This document shows positions 18,887-27,064 of a stretch of DNA of 54,334 nt, in pieces (the first letter of the stretch is position 1; every line of letters begins with the position of its first letter). Source of the stretch: a virus. Lineage: Duplodnaviria > Caudoviricetes. Position numbers and translations under genes: made by a program. Under the pieces are notes generated by a model that was not told the origin of the DNA, searched no databases, and saw nothing but the letters and a program-made list of their open reading frames with translations. The stretch is from positions 1 through 54,334 of IMG/VR virus record IMGVR_UViG_3300048849_000181; one strand, given 5' to 3'.

Positions 18887-19071
18887 CGTTTCGTCTCCTT
18901 TTTAGCCTGCTTGATAAGCAGATTCATGTTTTCTTTGATGTAGGGAGCATACCGGCCCGCACGTTCATTATCGTACAGAAAAAGCAGGTATGAGGCTGGG
19001 ACACTTACGAGTGGGTAGTCGCGAAACTTGCCAAATGCCATCTTCGTGTTGTCGTTGATTTCTTCTGGCAT
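18883..19071 (-). CDS. DUF3820/exonuclease X C-terminal-like small protein
   Basis: MAFGKFRDYPLVSVPASYLLFL motif. Confidence 0.7.
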   Translation of the reverse strand: MPEEINDNTKMAFGKFRDYPLVSVPASYLLFLYDNERAGRYAPYIKENMNLLIKQAKKETKR

Positions 19072-19073
19072 GG

Positions 19074-19352
19074 TTAGATCTCCTTTTCTTTAGATTTATC
19101 GAGCTGATTCTTGAACCTGGACTTTGCAGACTTCAACCCTTTGATTTGATTTTCTAAAGCGGTAATGGTTTCTCCACGTCTCGCGTAAGCTTTTTTGTAC
19201 CAGTCAAGATCCTGTTCAAGTTTCACTCGGTCCTTGGCCATGATATCCATTGAATCAGCTATTCTTTGGAGCGAACCGGCTACAACCACCTCTATACTTG
19301 TCTTGTCAGCCGTCGGTTCGTCTTTGCTGAACTCCTTTAAAGTCTTACCCAT
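19074..19352 (-). CDS. Hypothetical coiled-coil protein
   Basis: GSLQRIADSM motif then coiled coil. Confidence 0.65.
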   Translation of the reverse strand: MGKTLKEFSKDEPTADKTSIEVVVAGSLQRIADSMDIMAKDRVKLEQDLDWYKKAYARRGETITALENQIKGLKSAKSRFKNQLDKSKEKEI

Positions 19353-19773
19353 TATGGCCTCCTTTCTTCTCAGGCAGAATAACGGTTTTAAAATTGAACC
19401 TACTCTGCTTAATCAATCGACCTTTTAATGAACTACCTTCAAGCTCGCCAAGGTGATCAGTCACAATCTTCTCCGGTATCTCTGAATACCTAGGTTCTAC
19501 GCGAAGGTGGAGCGACAACCAGTTTATCGTAAATCCATCCCACTTCCATCTATTACTTATTTCCGGCTTCCAGTACCAAATACCGCGTGTATTAAGCCGA
19601 AACGTGAATGTAAATCCTGCTTTTACTTGTCTCAATTTGACAAGAACAAACCCTCTTAGTGTAGAGGTTGGCTTGGTGTAGTATCCGCCATCGTTCTTCA
19701 TGTAGGATTCATAAGCGTAGATGCCGCTGTTTGATATGCCGGATAGATCCCGGCTTCTTACTTCGTAGCTCAT
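19345..19773 (-). CDS. Hypothetical phage protein
   Basis: 142-aa ORF coupled to neighbours. Confidence 0.55.
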   Translation of the reverse strand: MSYEVRSRDLSGISNSGIYAYESYMKNDGGYYTKPTSTLRGFVLVKLRQVKAGFTFTFRLNTRGIWYWKPEISNRWKWDGFTINWLSLHLRVEPRYSEIPEKIVTDHLGELEGSSLKGRLIKQSRFNFKTVILPEKKGGHNG

Positions 19774-19949
19774 TTTTGATCCCCCTTTTCAATAAAACAC
19801 CTATGGAAATCAATAGCAGCTAAAATCATCCAGATTACAAAACCAATCCACGCGCAGTAATAAGCATGACCTGTTTTATACTGGATCAGTTCACTGGATA
19901 ACACGGCCAGTAGAAAAGACCTAATGAATAAATCGAGGTTCTTATTCAT
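19770..19949 (-). CDS. Small membrane protein (59 aa, not in ORF track)
   Basis: MNKNLDLFIRSFLLAVLSSELIQYKTGHAYYCAWIGFVIWMILAAIDF...; fills the gap with overlaps on both sides. Confidence 0.55.
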   Translation of the reverse strand: MNKNLDLFIRSFLLAVLSSELIQYKTGHAYYCAWIGFVIWMILAAIDFHRCFIEKGDQK

Positions 19950-20385
19950 CGCATGACTCTCCTATAGCTTTAGTGATTGCCTGGCTTGCCTGATCGACTG
20001 CTTTAAACCAGTCCGCAGGTGATGGTTGACCAGACGATAACCCCCCCTGCTCACACATATGTAGATGTACAAGGTTTTGCAAGGCAGCAAGAAGTTCCGG
20101 TGCAGCCGCGATAAGTTTTGCGTCCGGGTGGTTTATGTCCTGAAACCATCTTGCGTGATGCTCACGGCCTTTTACGACCTGAGCCAATGTTTCCGCTCTT
20201 TCCATCAGTTGCATGCCATTACCGTGATCCACGTTGAACCTCGGTAGTGCGCCTCCCATTCCCCATCTTGTGAAATCCATTACTGTAAGATCATATGGGC
20301 TTTCCCCTCCGCATAGATTAAGGTGCTTGCTTGCGAGATTTAGCTCCCAACGCCATGGTCCAGGCGTTCCTTTAAATTCCTTCAT
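19942..20385 (-). CDS. Hypothetical phage protein (TPGPW...DAKLIAAAPELL family)
   Basis: Common phage early-gene motif; start reassigned to MKEFKGTPGPW. Confidence 0.7.
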   Translation of the reverse strand: MKEFKGTPGPWRWELNLASKHLNLCGGESPYDLTVMDFTRWGMGGALPRFNVDHGNGMQLMERAETLAQVVKGREHHARWFQDINHPDAKLIAAAPELLAALQNLVHLHMCEQGGLSSGQPSPADWFKAVDQASQAITKAIGESCDE

Positions 20386-20386
20386 C

Positions 20387-20704
20387 CTAATGCTCCCCCA
20401 TATATTCACCGTACATACTTTTCAACTCTTTCTCGTCCGCACTCAAAGCATCAAGCATACGCAAGCAGGTGACTGCCGTTTCGATACACTCTGCTTTAAG
20501 CCTATCTAAGGAACCTTTTCCTTCGTCGAGGAGATTTGCTTCACGAATCAGTTCGCCTGATTCCTCGGCTACGATAGCGGCTCTCCTGATATTGCACGAA
20601 GGCCAGTTTGGATGCTTGGCTTCTGCCCGGCTTAATTCCATAAGCACACTGACGATTGTTGCTGCAAACTCAGGGCTTTTAACGTTTAGTTTTAATTCAG
20701 TCAT
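20387..20704 (-). CDS. MazG-like all-helical protein
   Basis: AEESGEL and KAECIETA resemble MazG-type EExxE motifs. Confidence 0.5.
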   Translation of the reverse strand: MTELKLNVKSPEFAATIVSVLMELSRAEAKHPNWPSCNIRRAAIVAEESGELIREANLLDEGKGSLDRLKAECIETAVTCLRMLDALSADEKELKSMYGEYMGEH

Positions 20705-20709
20705 GTGGA

Positions 20710-20889
20710 TTAGAATAAACGGTTTTGACTGGACCTGGATGGAACACCAACACTGGCAACCATATCATCTACATCTTTTTCCAACTTCTTGGATTTGGCA
20801 AGGGCAATACTGGAGCGGGTCCGGAAGTATTCCTTTTGGGCCTCTCGCATTTCTTTTACGAGATCGGCTAGTTTTACAATGTCTGTCAT
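20710..20889 (-). CDS. Small phage protein (59 aa, not in ORF track)
   Basis: MTDIVKLADLVKEMREAQKEYFRTRSS...QNRLF; preceded by the conserved leader motif. Confidence 0.7.
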   Translation of the reverse strand: MTDIVKLADLVKEMREAQKEYFRTRSSIALAKSKKLEKDVDDMVASVGVPSRSSQNRLF

Positions 20890-20917
20890 TCTGCTTTAAA
20901 TATTAAGGGGTTAATAA

Positions 20918-21124
20918 CTATCTGGCCTGTTCCCCGTTAAGGTCGCTCATGTCGAAATCTTTCTCGTTGAACCTGGTGCCAGTCAGACGGGCTATATGCT
21001 TGGCGATCTTTTCGCCGGCAACTAAACCCACCTCTTTGTCTAATTCTTTCAGCAGAGCAATGCTTTCCTTCTGTTGCTGCAGAAGTACACTTTTGTCTCT
21101 CTTGACTAATTCTAATTCACTCAT
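20918..21124 (-). CDS. Hypothetical protein
   Basis: 68-aa ORF in operon. Confidence 0.55.
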   Translation of the reverse strand: MSELELVKRDKSVLLQQQKESIALLKELDKEVGLVAGEKIAKHIARLTGTRFNEKDFDMSDLNGEQAR

Positions 21125-21222
21125 TGTTGTATTTGATCTATGTATTTAAGTGCAACCACTCCCAGGATCACTGCAATCACCCATATTGCTGTAAGGATGT
21201 TGCGGACTTGAATTCTGGTCAT
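21121..21222 (-). CDS. Single-TM microprotein (33 aa)
   Basis: MTRIQVRNILTAIWVIAVILGVVALKYIDQIQQ; ATGA overlaps at both ends. Confidence 0.55.
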   Translation of the reverse strand: MTRIQVRNILTAIWVIAVILGVVALKYIDQIQQ

Positions 21223-21332
21223 GGCTCTACCGGGTTAAAATCTTCGTCGTATTCTGGGCAGGTAAAGACATCTTCAAGGAACCAGGCGAGGCCCAGCCCT
21301 GCGTAGATCAAGAACAGGATCAATGCGCCCAT
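21219..21332 (-). CDS. Single-TM microprotein (37 aa)
   Basis: MGALILFLIYAGLGLAWFLEDVFTCPEYDEDFNPVEP; overlaps neighbours. Confidence 0.5.
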   Translation of the reverse strand: MGALILFLIYAGLGLAWFLEDVFTCPEYDEDFNPVEP

Positions 21333-21439
21333 AAGTACCCGTATGTAAGAAGTGATACGATAAACCCTGCAAAAAGACAGATGAAGAACACCTGTGTTTT
21401 GCTTACCTGTTGGCCTCGGCCGTGCTGTCCAATATTCAT
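21320..21439 (-). CDS. Single-TM microprotein (39 aa)
   Basis: MNIGQHGRGQQVSKTQVFFICLFAGFIVSLLTYGYLWAH; ATGA overlap with upstream gene. Confidence 0.5.
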   Translation of the reverse strand: MNIGQHGRGQQVSKTQVFFICLFAGFIVSLLTYGYLWAH

Positions 21440-21696
21440 GATAGGTTGTATTTAGCGGAAAGATTAGACCACATCATATCAAAGATTTCGGCATGATGAT
21501 CTTCGTTTCCGAATGGCACCAGCTGTGCACTCGAATAAATCATGTTTTTAATCCGGCATTTGATCACCAGGAAGATCTTACCTTCAGGCGCGAAACGCTT
21601 GTTATGTACCCGTGTAACCTCGGTGGTGTAAGGTTTGGTTTCCTTTTGCTCTACCGGTGTAGCTCCACTGTGCTGAGCATGAATTCTCTCGTTCAT
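21436..21696 (-). CDS. Hypothetical protein, first CDS of accessory operon
   Basis: 86-aa ORF preceded by TTTAAAGCAAA leader motif. Confidence 0.6.
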   Translation of the reverse strand: MNERIHAQHSGATPVEQKETKPYTTEVTRVHNKRFAPEGKIFLVIKCRIKNMIYSSAQLVPFGNEDHHAEIFDMMWSNLSAKYNLS

Positions 21697-21956
21697 ATCT
21701 ATTTGCTTTAAATTTGCGGGTACAAATAAAGCGGCTGTTACACCGCTTTATCATTGAGTCAACCTTCACTATTCCCGGCCTCTCGCCTCTTCCATGTGGA
21801 TGGATTCGCCCACCCTGCTATCCCGGTTGCCCGGGCTCTGCTCTCAGTTTTTATGCTGTGCCTGAACTGTTGGAATTACCCGATCGTTACAGGACTTAAA
21901 TGCTTTTAAAAAGTGTGCGCCATCCAGCAACACACTTTTATCTAAATTAACGCTCG

Positions 21957-22030
21957 TAGCGGGGACACGACTCGAACGTGCGACCTGGAGATTATGAGAC
22001 TCCCGAGCTAGCCAACTGCTCTACCCCGCC
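21957..22030 (-). tRNA. tRNA with CAT anticodon (Met-type, initiator-like D arm)
   Basis: GGCGGGG-TAGAGCAGTTGGCTAGCTC-G-GGAGTCTCATAATCTCC-AGGTC-GCACGTTCGAGTCGTGT-CCCCGCT-A cloverleaf; CCA not encoded. Confidence 0.9.
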
Positions 22031-22108
22031 ATTTTATTTAAAAAGAACAAGTTTTAACACCTATTCTATAAAGAGTTGTTATAGAACATTTATTCTATTT
22101 TAAGTATC

Positions 22109-22139
22109 AAAAAACAAGATCACTTTCGTGACCTTGTTC
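22109..22139 (-). terminator. Intrinsic terminator
   Basis: GAACAAGGTCAC-GAAA-GTGATCTTGTTTTTT on minus strand. Confidence 0.8.
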
Positions 22140-22169
22140 ATCCTTAACACCTTAACGCTTTCTCTATTT

Positions 22170-22210
22170 CAAATGTAAAAACATAACTCTATATAACCAA
22201 ATTGTTATGT
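22170..22210 (-). promoter_or_regulatory. Sigma70-type promoter with ATAAC-N6-GTTAT operator over -33
   Basis: TACATTTG at 22170-22177, TTG 20 nt upstream, ATAACcaaattGTTAT at 22193-22208. Confidence 0.65.
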
Positions 22211-22264
22211 AGATAAAATAGTAAACAACTACTAATCAGCACAATTATTTACTTATGCAAACAT

Positions 22265-22944
22265 TTACTTCAATCCTGCAAGTTGCTCACCAAACTCAAA
22301 GAAGCTCATACTCTGCCCAGATGATCCACTATCACCGTCCTTTTCCTCGTAAGATGGGATGCAGGCATTCAGCATCATTGCATTGATGTACGGCTTGTCG
22401 AGCGCCTCGTCGAAGTCGTTGATCCGCCAGTACTTCATAATGGATCCGACAATCCCCCATGGCGAATCCGATCCGGGCTGCTTTACATTAGATCCAGGCT
22501 TCGGACGGATGCCGTAGATGCGAAAAAAGACTGTACGTCTAACCTCCGGTAGACTTCCTTGGTTGCAAGGCTTAATTCTTCATTGGTGAACTCGTCGGCA
22601 ATCGTCTGGATCAAATACCCTGGAGCAGGTTTGTTTTCGTTTTGTACAGCTGTAGCTATGTAAGCAGCCATTGCGTAGGTGTTCTGGTGCATAAGATCCA
22701 TAAGGTTGTCAATGGCGCCTTCCTTATCGCTATCCAGCACCAAGCTGTTTGAGATCGCAGTCAACCGGTAGTTCGTAGACATCTTAGTGTTGCGGAGATA
22801 CAGCATCTTTTTAACCGGCTTTCTTAAGCCGAAGTATTCCAGTAGTTTGATAAACTTGTTCTTCGGCTTTAGTTGAACCTCTTTCAGTGCTGTGGGCACA
22901 TCAAGCACAGCAGAAAGGATCGCGTCTTTTTCTTGTATGGTCAT
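22265..22944 (-). CDS. Tail assembly chaperone long form (gpGT-like) via -1 frameshift
   Basis: Slippery T TTT TTC at 22522-22528; -1 frame open to TAA 22265 (FRIYGIRPKPG..DSPWGIVGSIMKYW..NAMMLNACIPSY). Confidence 0.8.
22483..22944 (-). CDS. Tail assembly chaperone short form (gpG-like)
   Basis: Follows major tail gene; start ATG 22944 (MTIQEK). Confidence 0.75.
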   Translation of the reverse strand: MTIQEKDAILSAVLDVPTALKEVQLKPKNKFIKLLEYFGLRKPVKKMLYLRNTKMSTNYRLTAISNSLVLDSDKEGAIDNLMDLMHQNTYAMAAYIATAVQNENKPAPGYLIQTIADEFTNEELSLATKEVYRRLDVQSFFASTASVRSLDLM

Positions 22945-23008
22945 ATGAATGGTTGAGTGATACAAAAAAGCCCGGCGTTAACCAGGCTCTTAATAATTAT
23001 TTGGTTGC

Positions 23009-23539
23009 TTATGCCGCTGTAAGGAACTTGAATCCCCAAGGCGATACTGCAGCTCCTGTTGCATCTGCTGGAGTTGTAGCTTCTCCGGACATGCTCAATG
23101 CAACGAATCCTTTACGGGAGAAGTTGTTTGCAATACCAGCAGTTACCGCAGCAACAGGGATGCTCAACTGGAACTTCTTTCCGTTGTACGCTTTTGATGT
23201 AAACCTGATTGCAAGGTTGATGATTCCAGGGTTTGCAGGATAGCTGTAGGTTGATGTTCCAGCGTCCCAGGTACCGCCCAGTAAAAGCGCAACTTTATCT
23301 CCAGCAAGATCCAAAGATTTGCAGGCAAACGTTGCGCCATCGGTGTCTCCCGGAAGCACGAAGCGTACGCCGCCTTTATCCTCCACGCGGATCTTCACCT
23401 TTTCAAGTGGTGGTACCGTGAAGGAAACAGAATCATCTTCGATATCTCCAACCATCACAAAACCTGTAGTTGGCATTGCGCCATTTACTCCAATCGGTGC
23501 CAGCTCCACGCTTTCTACACCATAAACCGGTTGTGCCAT
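23009..23539 (-). CDS. Major tail tube protein
   Basis: 176 aa, Gly/Ala/Thr-rich beta protein between tail terminator and chaperone. Confidence 0.75.
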   Translation of the reverse strand: MAQPVYGVESVELAPIGVNGAMPTTGFVMVGDIEDDSVSFTVPPLEKVKIRVEDKGGVRFVLPGDTDGATFACKSLDLAGDKVALLLGGTWDAGTSTYSYPANPGIINLAIRFTSKAYNGKKFQLSIPVAAVTAGIANNFSRKGFVALSMSGEATTPADATGAAVSPWGFKFLTAA

Positions 23540-23588
23540 ATTCTTTTAAAATTTAATAGTTTGTCAATCCCTGTTTCCAGGCTTAATT

Positions 23589-23996
23589 TTAGTTTCTTAA
23601 TGAGGTCCACTCGACCCTGATGTTTACGAACCAGTTATTGCCATCCCGATAAGGGATGCCAGGCGTACTCACGTCAAATGAGTAATCATAACCATACACA
23701 TCCTTCAGAACCTCCATGCACTTCTCAGTAATCACTCGGAACCTGGTTGTATTAGGCTGCGTTGAATCATTGGTCAAGGTAATGTTCGGCACATGAATGT
23801 TCACGTTGAACACACCCTCTTGTACTTGATCCGCATTCATGGCCAGCGTGCCCACAACGATATCCTCCTTCAAGCTGTTCAATGGTCTATTCAGTTCGTA
23901 GATGGCGCCAGTTAAACTAACCGCAGCTTTTATGCCTGTCTGGACCAGCCTTTGGAAGATCACATTCTGTGCGGTCAATGCTGTGGTAGTTGCCAT
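23589..23996 (-). CDS. Tail terminator-like protein
   Basis: Synteny; EDIVV..VNIHVP pattern. Confidence 0.6.
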   Translation of the reverse strand: MATTTALTAQNVIFQRLVQTGIKAAVSLTGAIYELNRPLNSLKEDIVVGTLAMNADQVQEGVFNVNIHVPNITLTNDSTQPNTTRFRVITEKCMEVLKDVYGYDYSFDVSTPGIPYRDGNNWFVNIRVEWTSLRN

Positions 23997-24467
23997 TTAT
24001 GAAAATGCTGTGATTACGTTTTTAAATGCTTTCTCAAGCTTTGCTTTTGCGCCTAGGGTGCTGCCGGTGATCACGTCGTAACCAAGTGCCTCAACGTAGC
24101 CTGCATATCGCATCGCCGCACCGGTGATCAAAGCCCATCCTTTTGGAACACCTCCTGCAAGTTCTTCAGCATACTGCTGAGCAGCTACGATTCCAGCGGC
24201 TTTGTCTGTGCCGTTTACAGATGGTTCAAAATCTTCATGAACAATCTCTCCGTCATACTGAAGGATGAAAAAGATGGAACTCCTTAAATTACCTGTATCA
24301 TCATTGAAACCGCCTTGATCAGGAGTCTTAAGTCGAGCATCCCTAACGAACTGTAAACCGATTTGCATCAGCTCATTCTGAGTCACCTTAACGACTCGTT
24401 TTAAGTAGTCCTGAGTGATCTTGCTGATATCAGCAGCAGTAAAGTTTGGTTCTATCCTTATCTTCAT
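23997..24467 (-). CDS. Tail completion/neck protein (HK97 gp10-like)
   Basis: DTGNLRSSI and YAGYVE motifs. Confidence 0.75.
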   Translation of the reverse strand: MKIRIEPNFTAADISKITQDYLKRVVKVTQNELMQIGLQFVRDARLKTPDQGGFNDDTGNLRSSIFFILQYDGEIVHEDFEPSVNGTDKAAGIVAAQQYAEELAGGVPKGWALITGAAMRYAGYVEALGYDVITGSTLGAKAKLEKAFKNVITAFS

Positions 24468-24799
24468 ATCCAGCCGAGTATACTTGCGTTTCCAACCTGG
24501 TACCCGCCAAGCTCTCCTTCAAAGATTTCCTGATCATTTACACCGATAAGCTTTACGACTGCATTCTGAGGAACGTCAAAGTTCGGGTCATATTCGAAGC
24601 CGAGATCGTAAGCATATTCGGTTAACTGGCCATCCTTTCCAGTTTTCTTTTTACCAGCACCGGCCCGTCTTGCTCTGCAGCTATAGACAGCTTCAGCACC
24701 CGGTGCACCAGGTATCCATGTACCCGTATTCTCATCATACACGTCCTCGCTTGCTTTGGTCGTGTAAATCAGCTTATGAGGATACCTTTCAATTACCAT
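24464..24799 (-). CDS. Head closure-like protein
   Basis: Synteny in head-tail connector block. Confidence 0.55.
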   Translation of the reverse strand: MVIERYPHKLIYTTKASEDVYDENTGTWIPGAPGAEAVYSCRARRAGAGKKKTGKDGQLTEYAYDLGFEYDPNFDVPQNAVVKLIGVNDQEIFEGELGGYQVGNASILGWI

Positions 24800-25116
24800 G
24801 GCGATGCTCCATTAATGGTGTCTTCCTGGGGCGCAAGCTCGTCCGGCAATCCGTAACGAACTAAGATGATGGACCTGAGTTTAAGCAGATCATTCATATC
24901 ATGCTCGGTTACTTGATAATCCAGTTCCTTGACGCTTTTCGGTGCAAGAGCGATACTGAAAACGAGCCCTGCAAGCGCAATTTCCACCGGCTTGATGTTA
25001 TCAGGAATAAGATAAGTTTCCGATGCATCCAGACCGGCTTTCAGCAAAGCCAATTCAAGAGCCATAGCCGGTAGTGGTCTGTTTAATTCTGCTTGCAGGG
25101 CTTGTAGATTCGTCAT
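24793..25116 (-). CDS. Head-tail adaptor-like protein
   Basis: Synteny; helical 107 aa. Confidence 0.55.
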   Translation of the reverse strand: MTNLQALQAELNRPLPAMALELALLKAGLDASETYLIPDNIKPVEIALAGLVFSIALAPKSVKELDYQVTEHDMNDLLKLRSIILVRYGLPDELAPQEDTINGASPW

Positions 25117-25122
25117 TTCGGG

Positions 25123-25572
25123 TTATTTAGGCTTCTTTTCTACGTGGCCAAGTTTAACTAGGTGAGCAAGGCGCTCTTCTCCAAGTCCGGTAACATCGTC
25201 ACCAGCCTTGTATTCCTTTGTGAAATCCTTAGAATCACGAAACGACTTGTCTTTGGTGACCACATATTTTGCCTTTGGATCGATCTCTTCTAGCTCTGGC
25301 TCCACCGATACAGCTGCAGTTGTGCCCGTCTTTGCTGTAGCAAGAATGTCCTTCAACAGGTCGCTTGCAGACTCTTTAAATTGATTGATCCCATCAATCA
25401 CCAACTGATTTGATTTGATCACCTCTTCATTAGACTTCAGCAACTCGGCAACATACTCAGGAGTTTCAGCAGTTAACCGCTCTCCCTGAACCTGCTCTTT
25501 GTTCTCAGTAGCACCACCCGCACCTTGTACGGGGGTGGCTGCTTTGTTTTCTTCAGGAGTAGTATTTGCCAT
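25123..25572 (-). CDS. Hypothetical virion-associated protein
   Basis: Coupled to capsid gene; C-terminal FRD..Y.AGD..ERL..L motif. Confidence 0.55.
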   Translation of the reverse strand: MANTTPEENKAATPVQGAGGATENKEQVQGERLTAETPEYVAELLKSNEEVIKSNQLVIDGINQFKESASDLLKDILATAKTGTTAAVSVEPELEEIDPKAKYVVTKDKSFRDSKDFTKEYKAGDDVTGLGEERLAHLVKLGHVEKKPK

Positions 25573-26654
25573 TACGCTTGAATGATTGTAGTGTCCTGCA
25601 AATAGATTTCGTCAACATTGGTGATTACCGGTACCACACGAGCTTGCATCTTTGTGTATTCAGATACTTGAGGCTCGTTGTGGCGATACTTTGAAATCAG
25701 ATAGTAATTGTCTACGAGCTCATAAGTAACTCCAGCAACCGGGTGGTTTTGCTCAGCAAGTTTCGCGTAAACCAACAACCCTACCTGGCCAGCAGTTGTG
25801 TAGACGATTGAACCAGGCTTCCAAGGTTTTATAGACTTACGCTTGGTATTTTTCTCCTTACGGATTGTGCGATCAATCGGCACAAAGATAAATCCACCAC
25901 GTTTTTTAGCTAAAGCATTCAACTGATCAATATCAGGTGCAGGAATGTTCCCACCTACGAAGTTCTGACCGAATGCATACAGCTCTTTCGTTTGGGTAAG
26001 ATTTGAAATAGCATCAATGGTTTCTGAGTCAGTGTAAGCAACCTGGATAACGTTACCATCGTTCTTTGACATCGAAACGATCTTTCTAACATCATCCCAA
26101 TACTTGTAAGTTGGATCTGCGAGCGCTTTAGAAACCCCAAACTTATGACTATCTAAATAGCCGTAATTCAAACGGATTCCTGTTCCAACATTATCGGCAT
26201 CGGTTACCATTACTTCACCTGTTGAAAACCCTTCCAAAAAAGATGCTTCATTCAGCTCGTAACCACCACCAAGCACCTTCTGAGTGTCTTTGAATAGCTC
26301 AGCAACAATCTGAGCATCTGTCCCTCCTTGTGCGATCAACGCATCAAGGTCCGTTAATTGCTTTTCATTCAGCCAAAGCTTCATGGACATCTTAGCAATT
26401 TCTCCGTTGGCTTTACCCATCGAATCACGCATTTTTAGCGGGTCATCACTGTCCATTGCCACATAATCCGCAGCTACAAGGATGTTTTCCTGATGCAAGG
26501 TTTCCCACTTACCATTTACAGAGAACTGTGGTCTTAGCAAAGTCCTGTGTAGATATGGCAAAGGATTGGTTGTATCATTAAGTTTTTTGGTGATACGGAC
26601 AGTAACACCAGGGAGATACTTAGCAACCCACTGTATAAATGCTGATTGTTCCAT
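25572..26654 (-). CDS. Major capsid protein
   Basis: 360 aa after scaffold and decoration genes; start MEQSAF. Confidence 0.75.
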   Translation of the reverse strand: MEQSAFIQWVAKYLPGVTVRITKKLNDTTNPLPYLHRTLLRPQFSVNGKWETLHQENILVAADYVAMDSDDPLKMRDSMGKANGEIAKMSMKLWLNEKQLTDLDALIAQGGTDAQIVAELFKDTQKVLGGGYELNEASFLEGFSTGEVMVTDADNVGTGIRLNYGYLDSHKFGVSKALADPTYKYWDDVRKIVSMSKNDGNVIQVAYTDSETIDAISNLTQTKELYAFGQNFVGGNIPAPDIDQLNALAKKRGGFIFVPIDRTIRKEKNTKRKSIKPWKPGSIVYTTAGQVGLLVYAKLAEQNHPVAGVTYELVDNYYLISKYRHNEPQVSEYTKMQARVVPVITNVDEIYLQDTTIIQA

Positions 26655-26655
26655 T

Positions 26656-27054
26656 TTAGTCTGCTTGTTGGCCAATTAAAGGCATAACTACTTTGAATGC
26701 TTCTGCGATAGTCGCGAAATCATAAGGCGCTGCCTCTGGGTTAATTTCTCCCTGCGTCATAATAGCTGCAGATGCTTTTTTTGTTAGAATACTTGCGATC
26801 AGCGCACCTGCATAGACATGGCCTTCCGGTAATGCCGCATACGCCGTTGCTCCTGCGTTAACAGGCATAGGCTTGTATTCTTTTGTTGCCGTTTCCATGA
26901 TAATTGGATGTGCAGCATTGATTACTTCAGGCGCAAAGCCTGTTACATCCAGCGCTTTTCCGCCCGGGATGGTTGCGAAGACTTTCCTAATAGCGACATT
27001 GTCCTTCTCAGTATTAATCTGCACCCCATCATTTGATAAATTGACTGTTGCCAT
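26656..27054 (-). CDS. Head decoration protein
   Basis: 132 aa between scaffold and capsid genes. Confidence 0.6.
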   Translation of the reverse strand: MATVNLSNDGVQINTEKDNVAIRKVFATIPGGKALDVTGFAPEVINAAHPIIMETATKEYKPMPVNAGATAYAALPEGHVYAGALIASILTKKASAAIMTQGEINPEAAPYDFATIAEAFKVVMPLIGQQAD

Positions 27055-27064
27055 CTTCTTTTGT

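Noticed and set aside
21957-22030. tRNA as prophage attachment site
   Set aside because: Internal to phage genes, no duplicated 3' end and no adjacent integrase
23560-23568. TTGTCAA half-site upstream of major tail gene
   Set aside because: No matching left arm and no -7 box at the conserved distance
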